The notes under the pieces were generated by a model. The model did not search any database. It was not told the DNA's origin and worked only from the letters and a program-made list of their open reading frames with translations. Positions 50,852 to 58,192 of a stretch of 58,192 nt of DNA are shown in pieces. The number at the start of each line of letters is the position of its first letter. Position 1 is the stretch's first letter. The DNA comes from an uncultured Bacillales bacterium (GTDB taxonomy: Bacteria > Bacillota > Bacilli > Paenibacillales > CAYYCV01), in NCBI GenBank assembly GCA_964470405.1, contig CAYYCV010000006.1, positions 1 to 58,192 of the forward strand. Reading direction: 5' to 3'. The position numbers and the translations under genes were made by a program.

Positions 50852-51670
50852 TTATATATGAAGCGGCGCCCAAACTGTTCGTGTCCAGGCCGTCTGCATA
50901 CCCGTTCGTTCCATATTGCGTTGACTTGAGCTTCCAAAGCTTGCTTGAGCGGCCACAAGCTCGCAATTTGCTTTGTGCGCCTCATGCATTCGCCATAGCA
51001 AAAGCGCGGTTTGAAGCCCTTTCCTCCTAAATTCGGGCGCTGTCGCGGCCAAAGCAAGGGAGGCCGTACGATGGCTGATGTGCATCGCGGTGACCGCCGC
51101 CGGTATATCATTCCAATCCGCCAAAAACAGTTTCCATCCGGGGCGGTTCAGCAAACCTATATTGTTGTTTGCAAAGTGGCGTTTATGTATAAGATCCATG
51201 CCGGAGCCGACGCAGTGAACGCCCGCATAGAGGTCAAAATCCGTGTCATGATCCACTTGACGTATTTTTATGTTCGGAGGAAGTTGGGGCGACTCACTTC
51301 GGGGAAGACCGTAAAGGACGGAATGAAAGCTTTCCTGAAACAGTCCATTTTCGGCCAGTTGCCTCAACATCCCGGGGCTGACGCCAATCGGATTGATATC
51401 CAACTGGAATGTTCTATTTTTTTCATGATAGAAGTGAATGATTTCCTCCAGCCTGTCCATGTCGTCTTGCGAGAAGCCCTTTACTGAATTAAACAGCCCC
51501 CAGGGCATGGTTTGGATGTAGAAGGCCGTCGTGTTTCCAAATTTCCTGATTTCGACTCCTTCCGGATTGCCCGTTCGCTCGCCGATCGAGCTGATCCTCG
51601 AAGTAAAATAATCGATTTCGGATTGTTGTATGCGTTTGGCCCATTCTTCGCTCATCACCGGGAGTTTCAT
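50852..51670 (-). CDS. GNAT family N-acetyltransferase
   Basis: The C-terminal acetyltransferase core contains APEFRRKGLQTALL. The ATG at 51670 follows GGAAAGGGGGA. Confidence 0.75.
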   Translation of the reverse strand: MKLPVMSEEWAKRIQQSEIDYFTSRISSIGERTGNPEGVEIRKFGNTTAFYIQTMPWGLFNSVKGFSQDDMDRLEEIIHFYHEKNRTFQLDINPIGVSPGMLRQLAENGLFQESFHSVLYGLPRSESPQLPPNIKIRQVDHDTDFDLYAGVHCVGSGMDLIHKRHFANNNIGLLNRPGWKLFLADWNDIPAAVTAMHISHRTASLALAATAPEFRRKGLQTALLLWRMHEAHKANCELVAAQASFGSSSQRNMERTGMQTAWTRTVWAPLHI

Positions 51671-51743
51671 TGATATCCCCCTTTCCTGCAACAAAACCGT
51701 GGACGTACAGTAATATGCATTCAAAAATCAAAAGCTTGCCGTT

Positions 51744-51797
51744 CAACAATGCCTGCCCGAGCAACAATGCCTGCCCGAGCAACAATGCCTACCCGCG
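51744..51797. repeat. 18-bp tandem repeat x3 (CAACAATGCCTGCCCGAG)
   Basis: Two identical units and a third with 2 substitutions, between the MarR stop and the GNAT start. Confidence 0.9.
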
Positions 51798-51807
51798 AAA
51801 ATAGAGA

Positions 51808-52302
51808 CTATGCTTCGCTCGCCGGACGGGCTCCCAGAATTTTGGCCGCAAGGGCGGCGAGCTGCGAGCGCTCGGTCTCGGTTATTCCCTCGATTGCGGC
51901 GTGAATTTGCCGCTCGATTTCCTCCCCGGCCGCCCGTATCAACTGCCGTCCGGCAGAGGTCACCCTGACGTTGAATCCGCGCCGGTCGTTGGGAGTGACC
52001 ATGCGTTCGACGAGCTCGCGGCGTTCCAAGCGATCTACCAGGCCGGTAATACTGGATTTGTCAAGGTTGAGATACCGGGCCAATTGCAGCATGCTTGGTT
52101 CCCGGTCCCGCAAAATGCCAAGCAGTCGAATTTGAATGATCGACAGGCCATGTTCGGCTCCAACCCGGCCGAGCACAGTCTGGATCAGAAAGGAGAGCTG
52201 CACCAAGCTATCCACGATCGATAGATCGCTTGGAATGTTGGAGGAGGCGGAAGAGGCGCTGTTCAAAGGATTCACACTCCGGTCTTCGCTGTATTCGAAC
52301 AC
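51808..52302 (-). CDS. MarR family transcriptional regulator
   Basis: The wHTH region reads LLGILRDREPSMLQLARYLNLDKSSITGLVDRLERRELVER. The GTG at 52302 is preferred because the longer ORF (to 52377) would overlap both divergent promoters. Confidence 0.8.
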   Translation of the reverse strand: MFEYSEDRSVNPLNSASSASSNIPSDLSIVDSLVQLSFLIQTVLGRVGAEHGLSIIQIRLLGILRDREPSMLQLARYLNLDKSSITGLVDRLERRELVERMVTPNDRRGFNVRVTSAGRQLIRAAGEEIERQIHAAIEGITETERSQLAALAAKILGARPASEA

Positions 52303-52356
52303 GCGGCGCGCCGCCTCGGGTTCGGATGTTCTTTTCCCATTGTACCATAGCGGCCG

Positions 52357-52400
52357 TTGACTTTGTAAGTGAAACAAACTATATTGTTTGTATTACAAAC
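52357..52400. promoter_or_regulatory. Plus-strand promoter of the MDR gene at 52437 overlapped by a candidate MarR operator
   Basis: Plus strand: TTGACT (52357-62), 17 nt, TATATT (52380-85). An inverted repeat ACAAAC-N6-GTTTGT (52374-52391) plus a third ACAAAC (52395-52400) overlap it. The minus-strand extended -10, TGGTACAAT (52339-52347), lies just outside this interval. Confidence 0.5.
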
Positions 52401-52436
52401 TAAATATATGCGCAAAGTCGCCAATGGAGGTTTATA

Positions 52437-53411
52437 ATGTATGCCGCAGTAGTGCGTTCTTTTGATACCGTTCCCAAATACGAAGTATTTGATGCGCCGC
52501 AGCCGTCGGGAAAAAATGAAATGCTTGCCGACGTTCTGGCCGCCGGCTTGCATGCCCGTGTCCGGTCTCAAGCCAATGGCTCCCATTACACCGGCAGGGG
52601 TGAATTGCCGCTGATCCCCGGCATCGACGGCGTTGGGCGGTTATCGGACGGCCGATTGGTTTATTTCGCGGCCTCCGACACCTCGTTTGGAACGCTGGCG
52701 GAGCAGGCGGTTGTCGACTTGCGGCGCAGCGTGCCTTTGCCCGAAGGCATCGATCCTGTTCTTATCGCCGCGGCAATGAATCCGGCTATGTCGTCGTGGG
52801 TCGCTCTCCGCCGCCGGGTTGATTTTCAGCCGGGGCAACAGGTTCTCGTTCTGGGGGCAACCGGGAATTCCGGGCAGATGGCCGTTCAGATCGCCAAGCT
52901 TCTGGGCGCAAGCCGGGTGATCGGAGCCGGGCGCGATCCGAACCGGCTTCATGCGCTTCCCGCGTTGGGCGCCGACGCGATCGTCTCCTTGGCGGGCGAT
53001 CCGGAGGCGGCGGCCCATCGGCTGGGGGAGGCGGCATCCGAAGTCGACATCGTGATCGACTATCTGTGGGGGAAGCCGGCCGAACTGGCGATGGTTCCCT
53101 TATTGACGAAGCGGTCGGATCGGAGCCGAGCTTTGCTTTGGATCCAGATCGGTTCCGTTGCCGGCCCCGCGGCCGCCATACCCTCCGCCGCGCTGCGGTC
53201 CGCCAACCTTCAAGTGCTCGGCAGCGGCCAGGGCTCGGTCCCGGCCGCCGGATACATCGCCGAGCTTCCGGCGCTCATCGATGCCGTTGCCGCCGGCAAG
53301 CTGAAGGTGAACGCGGATCCGTTCCCGCTTTCCAAGGTGGAGGAAGTGTGGAAAGCGCCTTCCGTTGCGGGGCGGCGGGCGGTGTTCGTCCCGGCGATGC
53401 AAGACAAATGA
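52437..53411 (+). CDS. MDR-family NAD(P)H quinone oxidoreductase-like protein
   Basis: 324 aa. GATGNSGQMAVQIAKLLGA Rossmann motif. Divergent from the MarR gene. Confidence 0.8.
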   Translation: MYAAVVRSFDTVPKYEVFDAPQPSGKNEMLADVLAAGLHARVRSQANGSHYTGRGELPLIPGIDGVGRLSDGRLVYFAASDTSFGTLAEQAVVDLRRSVPLPEGIDPVLIAAAMNPAMSSWVALRRRVDFQPGQQVLVLGATGNSGQMAVQIAKLLGASRVIGAGRDPNRLHALPALGADAIVSLAGDPEAAAHRLGEAASEVDIVIDYLWGKPAELAMVPLLTKRSDRSRALLWIQIGSVAGPAAAIPSAALRSANLQVLGSGQGSVPAAGYIAELPALIDAVAAGKLKVNADPFPLSKVEEVWKAPSVAGRRAVFVPAMQDK

Positions 53412-53510
53412 TGCAAGCGGGATTTTGAGGTGTGAATACTTCAAAAACAAGTTTATAATATCCGTATATTATATTGCCCGCCAATGAATGGGCTTGCAAG
53501 GGGAGAAATC

Positions 53511-53900
53511 ATGGAAGAACACAACGCGGGTTGCAGGTCGGTGGACGAGTATATTTTGCGATTCCCTCCCGAGATTCAAGACATACTTCAAACGTTGCGA
53601 AAAGTCATAAAAGAGGCCGCACCGGACGCGGAAGAAAAAATCAGCTATCAAATTCCCACCTTTGCGCTGCATGGGAATCTGGTGCATTTTTCCGCCTATC
53701 CGAAGCATATCGGTTTTTACCCGGCCCCCTCCGGGATCAGCGAATTTAAACGGGAATTGTCGGCCTATAAAGGGGCGAAAGGGTCCGTACAGTTTCCCAT
53801 AGGCCAGCCGCTGCCATATGAATTAATAGGCGAAATCGTGCGGTTTCGAGCGGCCGAAAATATCCAGAAGGCGGAAGCCAAGCTTAAAAGGAAAAAATAG
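53511..53900 (+). CDS. DUF1801 (YdhG-like) domain protein
   Basis: SVDEYILRFPPEIQDILQTLRKVIKEAAPDAEEKISYQIPTF is typical of DUF1801. The ATG at 53511 follows AAGGGGAG. Confidence 0.75.
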   Translation: MEEHNAGCRSVDEYILRFPPEIQDILQTLRKVIKEAAPDAEEKISYQIPTFALHGNLVHFSAYPKHIGFYPAPSGISEFKRELSAYKGAKGSVQFPIGQPLPYELIGEIVRFRAAENIQKAEAKLKRKK

Positions 53901-54250
53901 CGGGAGGCAGGGCCCCATTTGATATGAAATATCGCATGACGTGCACGTCGGAGGAGCTTGCGCTGTTCGTCGCGCTCTGCGGATACCCGGATATCGCGAT
54001 GAGCGCGGCCGCGCCGTTGGCGGAACGGCAGGGAAGCCGGCCGAATGAGGACGAAGCCCTTCGGAGTATTTGAAAAGCTTGATCGGATTTTGGACGCCGC
54101 CGGCGCCAACAAACGCCAAAACGCGCGAAGTCCCCGATACGACGATTGAAACGGAGGTTGCCGGGCGGCAGTTGTTTCGGGCTGCAGGGCAGGGATCATC
54201 AAATCGAACGTATAGAAAGAAATGCGACATGAAGACTATGTGAAGGCTAT

Positions 54251-54480
54251 GTGTGCCACCGATGTCTGGAAACCGGGAAACCGGTTGCAATTGAAAACTC
54301 GGGGACCAAGGAAATGAACGATCCCCGTATCCATTACGGGAATTGTGCGGAAGCGGGCGTAGGATGCTGCCCCATCATGCTTGAAGGCAAGCCGATCGGC
54401 GTGATCGGTTTTTGGCGTTTGGCCGACGTCAGCGGGAGAAGCGGTTTTCCGATCTTCAGACGAACGCTGCATTTTTGGAG
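54251..54480 (+). pseudogene. GAF-like domain C-terminal fragment (gene remnant)
   Basis: CLETGKPVAIEN...CPIMLEGKPIGVIGFW resembles the end of a GAF sensor domain. The ORF then runs into repeat DNA and no adjacent output domain is present. Confidence 0.4.
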
Positions 54481-54509
54481 CATAGTTATATGGATTGTGC
54501 GAGTTGTAT

Positions 54510-54574
54510 GGATTGAGTGTGGTTGTGCGGATTGCGCGAGTTCGCGAGTTGTTGGATTGAGTGTGGTTGTGCGG
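54510..54574. repeat. 21-bp direct repeat GGATTGAGTGTGGTTGTGCGG x2 within a G/T-rich degenerate repeat tract
   Basis: Copies at 54510-54530 and 54554-54574. Related GGATTG(T/C)GCGAGTT units surround them. Confidence 0.85.
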
Positions 54575-54670
54575 TGGTTGCAGGTTGAGTCCGGAAATAT
54601 GGGAACTTGCAAGGATCCCCTTTTGCGGTTTCCGGCCGTGGACCGTCGGCGTTTCGGGTCACTTGATGTC

Positions 54671-54855
54671 AATAACTGCAAAAGTGCATCTTTTCGTGCC
54701 CTGTTTTGGACGCTGGAGGAAATACCTGCAAAAGTGCAGGTATTTCGAGGCGAATCGCTGTAAACGGGGAACGGAGCGCAGAATACCTGCACTTTTGCAG
54801 GTATTTCCTCCAGCACGTCGTCCACGGAGAAAATAGATGCACTTTTACAGTAATT
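54671..54855. repeat. Composite four-hairpin palindromic element, copy C (185 bp) with nested inverted repeats
   Basis: Outer 21-bp arms at 54671-54691 and 54835-54855 match 19/21. Inner 32-bp arms at 54713-54744 and 54782-54813 are perfect reverse complements. Confidence 0.92.
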
Positions 54856-55194
54856 TAACCTGAAAGGTTAAAAATTTGCCCTTTTTTTGAGATCGAGCGG
54901 TGTTTGGGCTTGTGCTATCGAATCCTCGGTCCGTTCCCTGGCTTGCCCATGGGCCGCTCCGGATTGGAAATCGACGGCGGGGCGGTCGGGATTCGTGACG
55001 TGGAAATGGCCGGGACTCACGACGTGGGGACGTCGGGATTCATGGAGCGCCGCCTCTTATGCTATAATGCTGTTAAGGGCTGCATCGCCTGACAGACCGG
55101 AGTCGTTTCCGACCAGAGCAAAGGGTGATGATCCATTATTGCAAACCAACGCGCGCGAAATCGGATAGCCGTTTGGATCGGCATAACGGCAGGC

Positions 55195-57429
55195 TTGCTT
55201 GCGGTGGCATGGCTGCTGGTCCATTTTGCCGAGGCCAAGGGGAAGCCGGATCCGCATGCAGTGGGGCAAGTTGCTGCCGAGGCCAGGGAAATGCCGGATC
55301 CGCATGCAGTGGAGCAAGGCGTTGCCGAGGCCAAGAGGATATCGGATCCACATGCAGTGGGACAAGGCGCTGCCGAGGCCAGGGAAATGCCGGCCCCGCA
55401 TACGGTGGAGCAAGGCGTTCTGGATTTGCGGGATTGGGATCTGGGTGAGAACGGGCCGGTGGCCTTGGATGGAGCGTGGGAATTTTATTGGCTGCGGCTA
55501 TGGACGCCGGAGCAACTTGAAACCGGCGCCGCCCAGGACGGCGCGCACGGTTATTTGCAGGTGCCCGGGGTCTGGAAGGGCCGGTCGATCGCCGGACAGC
55601 CGCTGTCGAATATGGGATACGGCACGTATCGTTTGTCGCTCCGCCTGTCTCCGGGCGACGCAGGCCGCGCGCAAGCGCTGGACATGCCGGGGGTAGCCAC
55701 GGCCTACAAGCTGTGGGTCAACGGGCAACTGCTGGCATCCAACGGAACGGTGGCCTCGAATCGCGAGGAAATGGTTCCGCGAAACGATCCGCGGCCCGTT
55801 TATTTCACGCCGTCCCAATCCCGGATGGACATCGTGCTCCAGGTTTCCAACTTCGTCCAGCGGAAGGGCGGGTTGTGGGGAGGCGTCCGTTTGGGCCGTG
55901 CCGACCAGATTGCGTCGGAGCATGAAAAAAATGTGCTCGAGCAAGTTTTTATCGTCGGCGCGTTGATGGTGATGGGCCTGTACCATTTGGGATTGTACAT
56001 CTTTCGTCGGGACCGGTCCGTGTTGTTTTTTGGCATCGCCTGTCTCTTGATCGGCGTTCGCACTTTGTTGGTCGGGGAGGTCATCTGGCTGCGTCTGTGG
56101 CCGGCATTCGGCTGGGAATGGGCGGTGAAGCTTGAATATTTGTCGGCTTTTATGGGCGTTGCTTTCTTTGTCCTGTACATGGCGCATTTGTACCCCCGGG
56201 ATTTGAACCGCAAACTGTCCTACGGATTGTTTTTCTTTATTGCCGTCATTTCGCTGCCGATTTTGTTTTTGCCCGCCCGAATTTATACATATTGGATGCT
56301 TTATTATCAGTTGGTGCTGCTGCTGTCCTTGTTTTATATCGTGTTCGCGGTGTTGCTGGCCTCGATCCGCAGGAGGAAGGGGGCCTGGATCAATCTGGCG
56401 GCGTTGGTCGTCTTTGTATTGACGGTGCTGAACGATGTTCTCTATTATAATTTTTGGCTTCGTACCGGGGATTTGGTGCAGGTCGGGCTGTTTGTTTTTC
56501 TTTTCGCCCAGACGATGGTGTTGGCTTCGCGGTTTTCCCGGGCATTTGTTCAGGTGCAGCAACTGTCCGCGGCCCTGCAGGAGACGAATTTGAATCTGGA
56601 AAACAAGGTCGTCCGCCGCACCGCCGCATTGGTCAAGTCCAACAAGCAGCTTAAGCAAATGGAAATTTCCCGGCGGCATTTGCTGTCGGATATTTCGCAT
56701 GAATTGGGCGCCCCTTTGACGTCCCTGCTCGGTTACCTCATGGCGTTGAGGGACGGCATTGCCCGTCAGGACGGCCCGAAGCATATCGAGATCGTGTATA
56801 GGAAGGCGCTGATGATTCAGCGTTTGATCCATGACTTGCGAAGTCTGGTTCATATGGAAGAACGGCAGATTGAATTCGTGTTTAAACCGGTGAACGCCGC
56901 CGATTTTTTCAGGTCTTTGGGCGAGAAATACGAATGGGACGCGGCGGAAAAAGGGGTTCGCTTCGTCAGGCGGGAGATTCGTCCGTCCCCGCCGGACAAG
57001 CTGATGCTGAACATCGACCCGGATCGCGTGGAACAGGTGATGACGAATTTGATATCGAATGCCGTGGCGCATACGAAGCGGGGGGATACGATTACGGTTT
57101 CCGGCAGGTATTTTGCGAGTTTTTGCAAAATGGCGTTTCAGGTTTGCGATACGGGGACGGGCGTGGAACGAAGCGAATTGCCCTTTGTGTTTGAACGGTT
57201 TTTCAGGGGTACGGCGCACGGCGGCTCCCCCGTCGATGGAAGCGGATTGGGGTTGGCGATCTCGAAAGAAATCATCGAAGCGCACGGCGGCCGAATTGGG
57301 GTTCGCAGCGAAATCGGCGTTCGGACGGCGTTTTATTTCATATTGCCGGTGTATGCGTCGGCGGAAGACATCGTTGCAAAGGGGGAACGCGGAAGTGGGA
57401 GATCGGAAAATTCTGGTCGTGGAAGATGA
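55195..57429 (+). CDS. Sensor histidine kinase with 7TMR-DISM extracellular and 7-TM domains
   Basis: The 7TMR-DISMED2-like region contains YGTYRLSL...ATAYKLWVNGQ...GGLWGGVRLG. It is followed by 7 TM helices, HisKA (LSDISHELGAPLT) and HATPase_c (GSGLGLAI). The start codon is uncertain. Confidence 0.88.
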   Translation: MLAVAWLLVHFAEAKGKPDPHAVGQVAAEAREMPDPHAVEQGVAEAKRISDPHAVGQGAAEAREMPAPHTVEQGVLDLRDWDLGENGPVALDGAWEFYWLRLWTPEQLETGAAQDGAHGYLQVPGVWKGRSIAGQPLSNMGYGTYRLSLRLSPGDAGRAQALDMPGVATAYKLWVNGQLLASNGTVASNREEMVPRNDPRPVYFTPSQSRMDIVLQVSNFVQRKGGLWGGVRLGRADQIASEHEKNVLEQVFIVGALMVMGLYHLGLYIFRRDRSVLFFGIACLLIGVRTLLVGEVIWLRLWPAFGWEWAVKLEYLSAFMGVAFFVLYMAHLYPRDLNRKLSYGLFFFIAVISLPILFLPARIYTYWMLYYQLVLLLSLFYIVFAVLLASIRRRKGAWINLAALVVFVLTVLNDVLYYNFWLRTGDLVQVGLFVFLFAQTMVLASRFSRAFVQVQQLSAALQETNLNLENKVVRRTAALVKSNKQLKQMEISRRHLLSDISHELGAPLTSLLGYLMALRDGIARQDGPKHIEIVYRKALMIQRLIHDLRSLVHMEERQIEFVFKPVNAADFFRSLGEKYEWDAAEKGVRFVRREIRPSPPDKLMLNIDPDRVEQVMTNLISNAVAHTKRGDTITVSGRYFASFCKMAFQVCDTGTGVERSELPFVFERFFRGTAHGGSPVDGSGLGLAISKEIIEAHGGRIGVRSEIGVRTAFYFILPVYASAEDIVAKGERGSGRSENSGRGR
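55228..55419 (+). repeat. 48-bp in-frame tandem repeat x4 near the kinase N-terminus
   Basis: The encoded units are AEAKGKPDPHAVGQVA, AEAREMPDPHAVEQGV, AEAKRISDPHAVGQGA and AEAREMPAPHTVEQGV. Confidence 0.92.
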
Positions 57430-58084
57430 TGCGGATGTCCGGCAGCTCATTGTTCTTTATTTGCGCCGACATGGCCTGGATACGGCGGAGGCCGGCGATG
57501 GGCGGGAAGCGTTGGAAGCGTTCGAACGGGAAAAACCGGACTTGCTGCTGCTTGATATCATGATTCCCCATATCAGCGGGTGGGAGGTGTGCCGCCGAGT
57601 GCGCGAAGCTTCCAAGGTGCCCATTCTGTTTCTGAGCAGCAAGTGGGAATCGAAGGATGTCGTTGCCGGCCTGGAGATCGGCGGGGACGATTACATTGTC
57701 AAGCCCTTTGTTCCCGACGTGCTGGTGGCGCGCGTAAAAGCGAATTTGCGGCGAATCGAGCCGCCGTCGCCGGAACAGGCCGGCCGGCCCCTGTCCTTCG
57801 GGTCGCTGCGCGTCGATCCCGTGCGCTGCGAAGTGTGGCTGGACGGGTGTCCGATCGATCTGCTGGCGAAAGAAATGAAGCTGCTCCTGTTCATGGCCCG
57901 GCATCCGAGGCAGGTGTTTAGCGCGGAGCAGTTGTACGAGCACGTCTGGGACCCGCTGGGAGGCGATCCGCGGACGGTCATGGTGCATATCAGCCGCTTG
58001 CGGAGGAAGCTGGAAAAGCCCGGGTCGCGGGTTCCGCGCATTCGCACGGTGAAGGGCATCGGTTATAAATTCGAGATGGAATGA
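57395..58084 (+). CDS. OmpR-family response regulator
   Basis: Receiver domain (KILVVEDDADV...LLLLDIMIP) plus a winged-helix trans_reg_C domain (RTVKGIGYKF). The GTG at 57395 follows GGGGGA. The longer ORF-track frame is an upstream artefact. Confidence 0.92.
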   Translation: MGDRKILVVEDDADVRQLIVLYLRRHGLDTAEAGDGREALEAFEREKPDLLLLDIMIPHISGWEVCRRVREASKVPILFLSSKWESKDVVAGLEIGGDDYIVKPFVPDVLVARVKANLRRIEPPSPEQAGRPLSFGSLRVDPVRCEVWLDGCPIDLLAKEMKLLLFMARHPRQVFSAEQLYEHVWDPLGGDPRTVMVHISRLRRKLEKPGSRVPRIRTVKGIGYKFEME

Positions 58085-58105
58085 ATCGCAAGCGGGACAA
58101 GATTT

Positions 58106-58144
58106 CGGCACTCCGCCGTCAGGGGCGGGGGCCGATTTTTTTTT
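58106..58144 (+). terminator. Rho-independent terminator after the response regulator
   Basis: GC-rich hairpin (CGGC/CCGCC ... GGCGG/GCCG) followed by a run of 9 T. Confidence 0.7.
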
Positions 58145-58192
58145 AGGCTTTAGCCAGTTGAGTGCGTGAAACGCGCGAAACAAAAAACCACC

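Noticed and set aside
57059-57394. Upstream extension of the response-regulator ORF, giving 341 aa in the ORF track
   Set aside because: The extension overlaps the kinase HATPase coding region in another frame. The receiver domain begins right after the GTG at 57395, which has a good RBS.
55498-57450. 650-aa ORF antisense to the histidine kinase gene
   Set aside because: The plus strand has clear 7TMR-DISM, HisKA and HATPase motifs. The antisense translation is R/Q/H/P-rich with no domain signature or RBS context.
55195-58084. The kinase/regulator pair as WalK/WalR, which often lies near purA/dnaB in Bacillales
   Set aside because: The gene order is kinase then regulator. The kinase has a 7TMR-DISM architecture rather than the WalK two-TM/PAS layout, and no walHIJ-like genes follow.

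Overview
This window is the replication-origin region of a spore-forming Firmicute, with Bacillales/Paenibacillaceae-like gene order. A conserved core runs to about 28.4 kb and an accessory region follows.

Core, left arm (1-8 kb, minus strand): gyrB, remB, recF, yaaA, dnaN and dnaA. DnaA-box clusters flank dnaA on both sides. The dnaA-dnaN spacer shows a DnaA box, a GC cluster, TAG/TAA trinucleotide repeats and an AT-rich stretch.

Core, right arm (8.4-28.4 kb, plus strand): rpmH, rnpA, yidC, jag, mnmE, mnmG, rsmG, noc, soj, spo0J with two parS sites, a class-V aminotransferase, DUF4446, yyaC, DUF3343, DUF951, tRNA-Ser(CGA), rpsF-ssb-rpsR, yybS, gdpP, rplI, the replicative helicase, and purA with a PurBox pair.

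Accessory region, after purA:
- An orphan NucS-like/DUF5655 nuclease gene.
- An approximately 20 kb catabolic island (30.0-49.7 kb), mostly on the head-on strand. It consists of a 14-gene minus-strand operon, a divergent binding-protein/MFS pair, and a LigB-type dioxygenase/MFS/RidA operon.
- The 14-gene operon encodes three tandem RraA-family proteins, a LigJ-like amidohydrolase, a phthalate-family Rieske oxygenase, two MDR dehydrogenases, a KARI-N-terminal-like mini-ORF, an ABC importer, a GntR/FadR regulator, a PrpD-family protein and a DASS transporter.
- The three island promoters share the geometry TTGACA, 17 bp, TAAAAT/TAATAT, 9-10 bp, then the palindrome TGGTATACCA. This looks like one regulon, plausibly under the embedded GntR regulator. 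Its enzyme set does not match any described ring-cleavage pathway.

The accessory modules are separated by three copies of an approximately 186-191 bp composite element made of four hairpin modules (core ACCTGCAAAAGTGCAGGT). Each copy sits among G/T-rich short tandem repeats, and two of them also sit among gene remnants (CoA-transferase, MarR and GAF fragments).

The window ends with GNAT, MarR, MDR and DUF1801 genes and a 7TMR-DISM histidine kinase/OmpR pair. The kinase carries a 48-bp x4 in-frame repeat.

I saw no CRISPR array, rRNA, transposase or integrase.
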